A DNA stretch of 64,000 nucleotides from a virus: positions 1-64,000 of the IMG/VR virus record IMGVR_UViG_3300036823_000324; one strand, 5' to 3'. The notes beneath the pieces were generated by a model that saw only the letters and a program-made list of their open reading frames with translations, was not told the DNA's origin and did not search any database. The translations under genes and the position numbers were made by a program. This document shows, one piece after another, positions 63,977 to 64,000 of this stretch. The stretch's first letter is position 1; every line of letters begins with the position of its first letter.

Positions 63977-64000
63977 GCGGGCGAAGGTACTCGCACCTGC

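Overview
A 64-kb segment of a high-GC tailed phage (or prophage) with a contractile tail. Almost all genes are on the minus strand. Several genes (mIHF, an ArsR-type HTH, a class I methyltransferase, a secreted collagen-like protein) resemble actinobacterial proteins, most like Thermoleophilia/Solirubrobacterales as I recall them; no search was run. Reading along the minus strand: (i) 64.0-34.3 kb is the virion module: protease/scaffold, capsid, putative head fibre, head-tail joining, sheath, tube, chaperone with a -1 frameshift, tape measure with NlpC/P60, XkdP/Q/R/S/T-like baseplate and tail fibre. (ii) 34.2-25.4 kb is recombination: putative annealing protein, SEC-C protein, SbcD split around an mIHF gene, DNA methyltransferase, DUF1643, SbcC. 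(iii) 25-10 kb holds many small, probably early genes with a repeated promoter motif, plus ASCH and a radical SAM enzyme. (iv) 10-0 kb holds a DUF4417-like protein, a methyltransferase, a protamine-like peptide, DUF5131, HTH/HNH genes and a replication initiator with iterons. No terminase large subunit, portal, integrase, endolysin, tRNA or CRISPR array was recognised. Most interesting: (1) the capsid protease/scaffold looks like a polyprotein with three His/Arg-rich cassettes bounded by xEE-A/REEE sites; (2) several promoter-anchored structured RNAs, one with a loop complementary to the CGAAAGGAG RBS shared by seven probably early genes, while several other genes appear leaderless; (3) SbcD split at its domain boundary by mIHF; (4) a candidate base-modification cluster; (5) a 20-aa-repeat fibre next to two paralogous small subunits. 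Family assignments come from motif recognition only.
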